A stretch of 64,000 nucleotides of DNA from positions 1,488,001 to 1,552,000 of the forward strand of contig OZ237737.1 of the NCBI GenBank assembly GCA_965178125.1. Reading direction: 5' to 3'. This DNA comes from Bilabrum cf. latius (taxonomy: Eukaryota). Positions 63,717 through 64,000 of this stretch are shown piece after piece (the stretch's first letter is position 1; every line of letters starts with the position of its first letter). Under the pieces are notes generated by a model, which was not told where the DNA came from, ran no database searches, and worked only from the letters and a program-made list of their open reading frames with translations. The translations under genes and the position numbers were made by a program.

Positions 63717-64000
63717 GGCTTTCAGGCGGAGTGCTGTGGTGGAAACGAACACCCACAGTCCACTGGTAGGCGCCGCGCGGACGAGTTGGCGGAACCACTG
63801 CTGTTGCACACGAGTGCAATAAAATTGAATTTGCCAAGAGAACAGACAACTCTGTTCAGTGTACGTTTGCTTGGGGTGATGCTTGTTTGAGTCTATGAGA
63901 AGGCTCAAGCCTACGGCGCCTCATTGGTTCGTACATTGGCTGTCATGAACAGAGCGTGGAAGCGACAATGGCTGGAACGAGCGTACAACAGAGGCGGCGA

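Noticed and set aside
1-64000. Cluster of pseudogenes or error-ridden sequence
   Set aside because: Decay or sequencing error would give TGA/TAA stops and frameshifts. Only TAG occurs internally, the frame holds over 36 kb, and an essential gene (uL3m) is affected.
1-64000. Pyrrolysine insertion or A-to-I editing of UAG to UGG (Trp)
   Set aside because: No pyl or methylamine methyltransferase genes are present and the context is eukaryotic. TAG sites are numerous, mostly at polar positions and sometimes tandem, which does not fit Trp or Pyl. U-to-C editing is unlikely but needs RNA data to exclude formally.
1-64000. Recoded (code 15) phage, giant virus or myxobacterial origin suggested by Big_5/Cys repeats and high GC
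   Set aside because: Spliceosomal introns, a presequence-bearing uL3m, and RWDD1-like, PH and GPI-type proteins indicate a eukaryotic nucleus. No viral hallmark genes were seen.
1-64000. tRNA (including a CUA-anticodon tRNA), rRNA or transposase genes
   Set aside because: None was recognised by eye. The short intergenic gaps show no convincing cloverleaf, but a tRNAscan-SE run is needed to be sure.

Overview
This is a GC-rich, gene-dense eukaryotic nuclear window with few GT-AG spliceosomal introns and a nucleus-encoded mitochondrial uL3. It is probably from a heterotrophic protist; a bicosoecid/stramenopile-like host is only a guess. The ORF track looks fragmented because the genome does not use the standard code. 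Reading every gap between consecutive same-frame ORFs by hand, each internal stop is TAG: 86 in-frame TAGs in 9 of 10 gene models (about 20,000 codons), including two TAG-TAG tandems, and no internal TAA or TGA. The modelled genes end in TGA (8) or TAA (2), never TAG. UAG therefore behaves as a sense codon (best fit Gln, with Glu as the main alternative) while UAA remains a stop, a rare decoupling of UAG and UAA. Under this code the window holds 10 genes. The largest is a single-exon 36,636-nt ORF (51188->14553, about 12,211 aa, 49 TAGs) encoding a giant surface protein with a signal peptide, 12 Gly-rich modules alternating with discoidin-like domains, FN3, about 12 Big_5-like Ig repeats, Cys-rich repeats, an IPT domain and a C-terminal TRP/FLC-like multipass membrane domain. 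The others are an ARM-repeat/PH protein, a type II membrane protein of an uncharacterised family, a clan GH-D-like glycosidase, uL3m, a small orphan, a Dug2-like WD40-M20 fusion, an RWDD1/Gir2-like protein, a FAM20-like secreted (pseudo)kinase and a Cys-rich, probably GPI-anchored protein. Domain calls come from motif recognition only; no searches were run.
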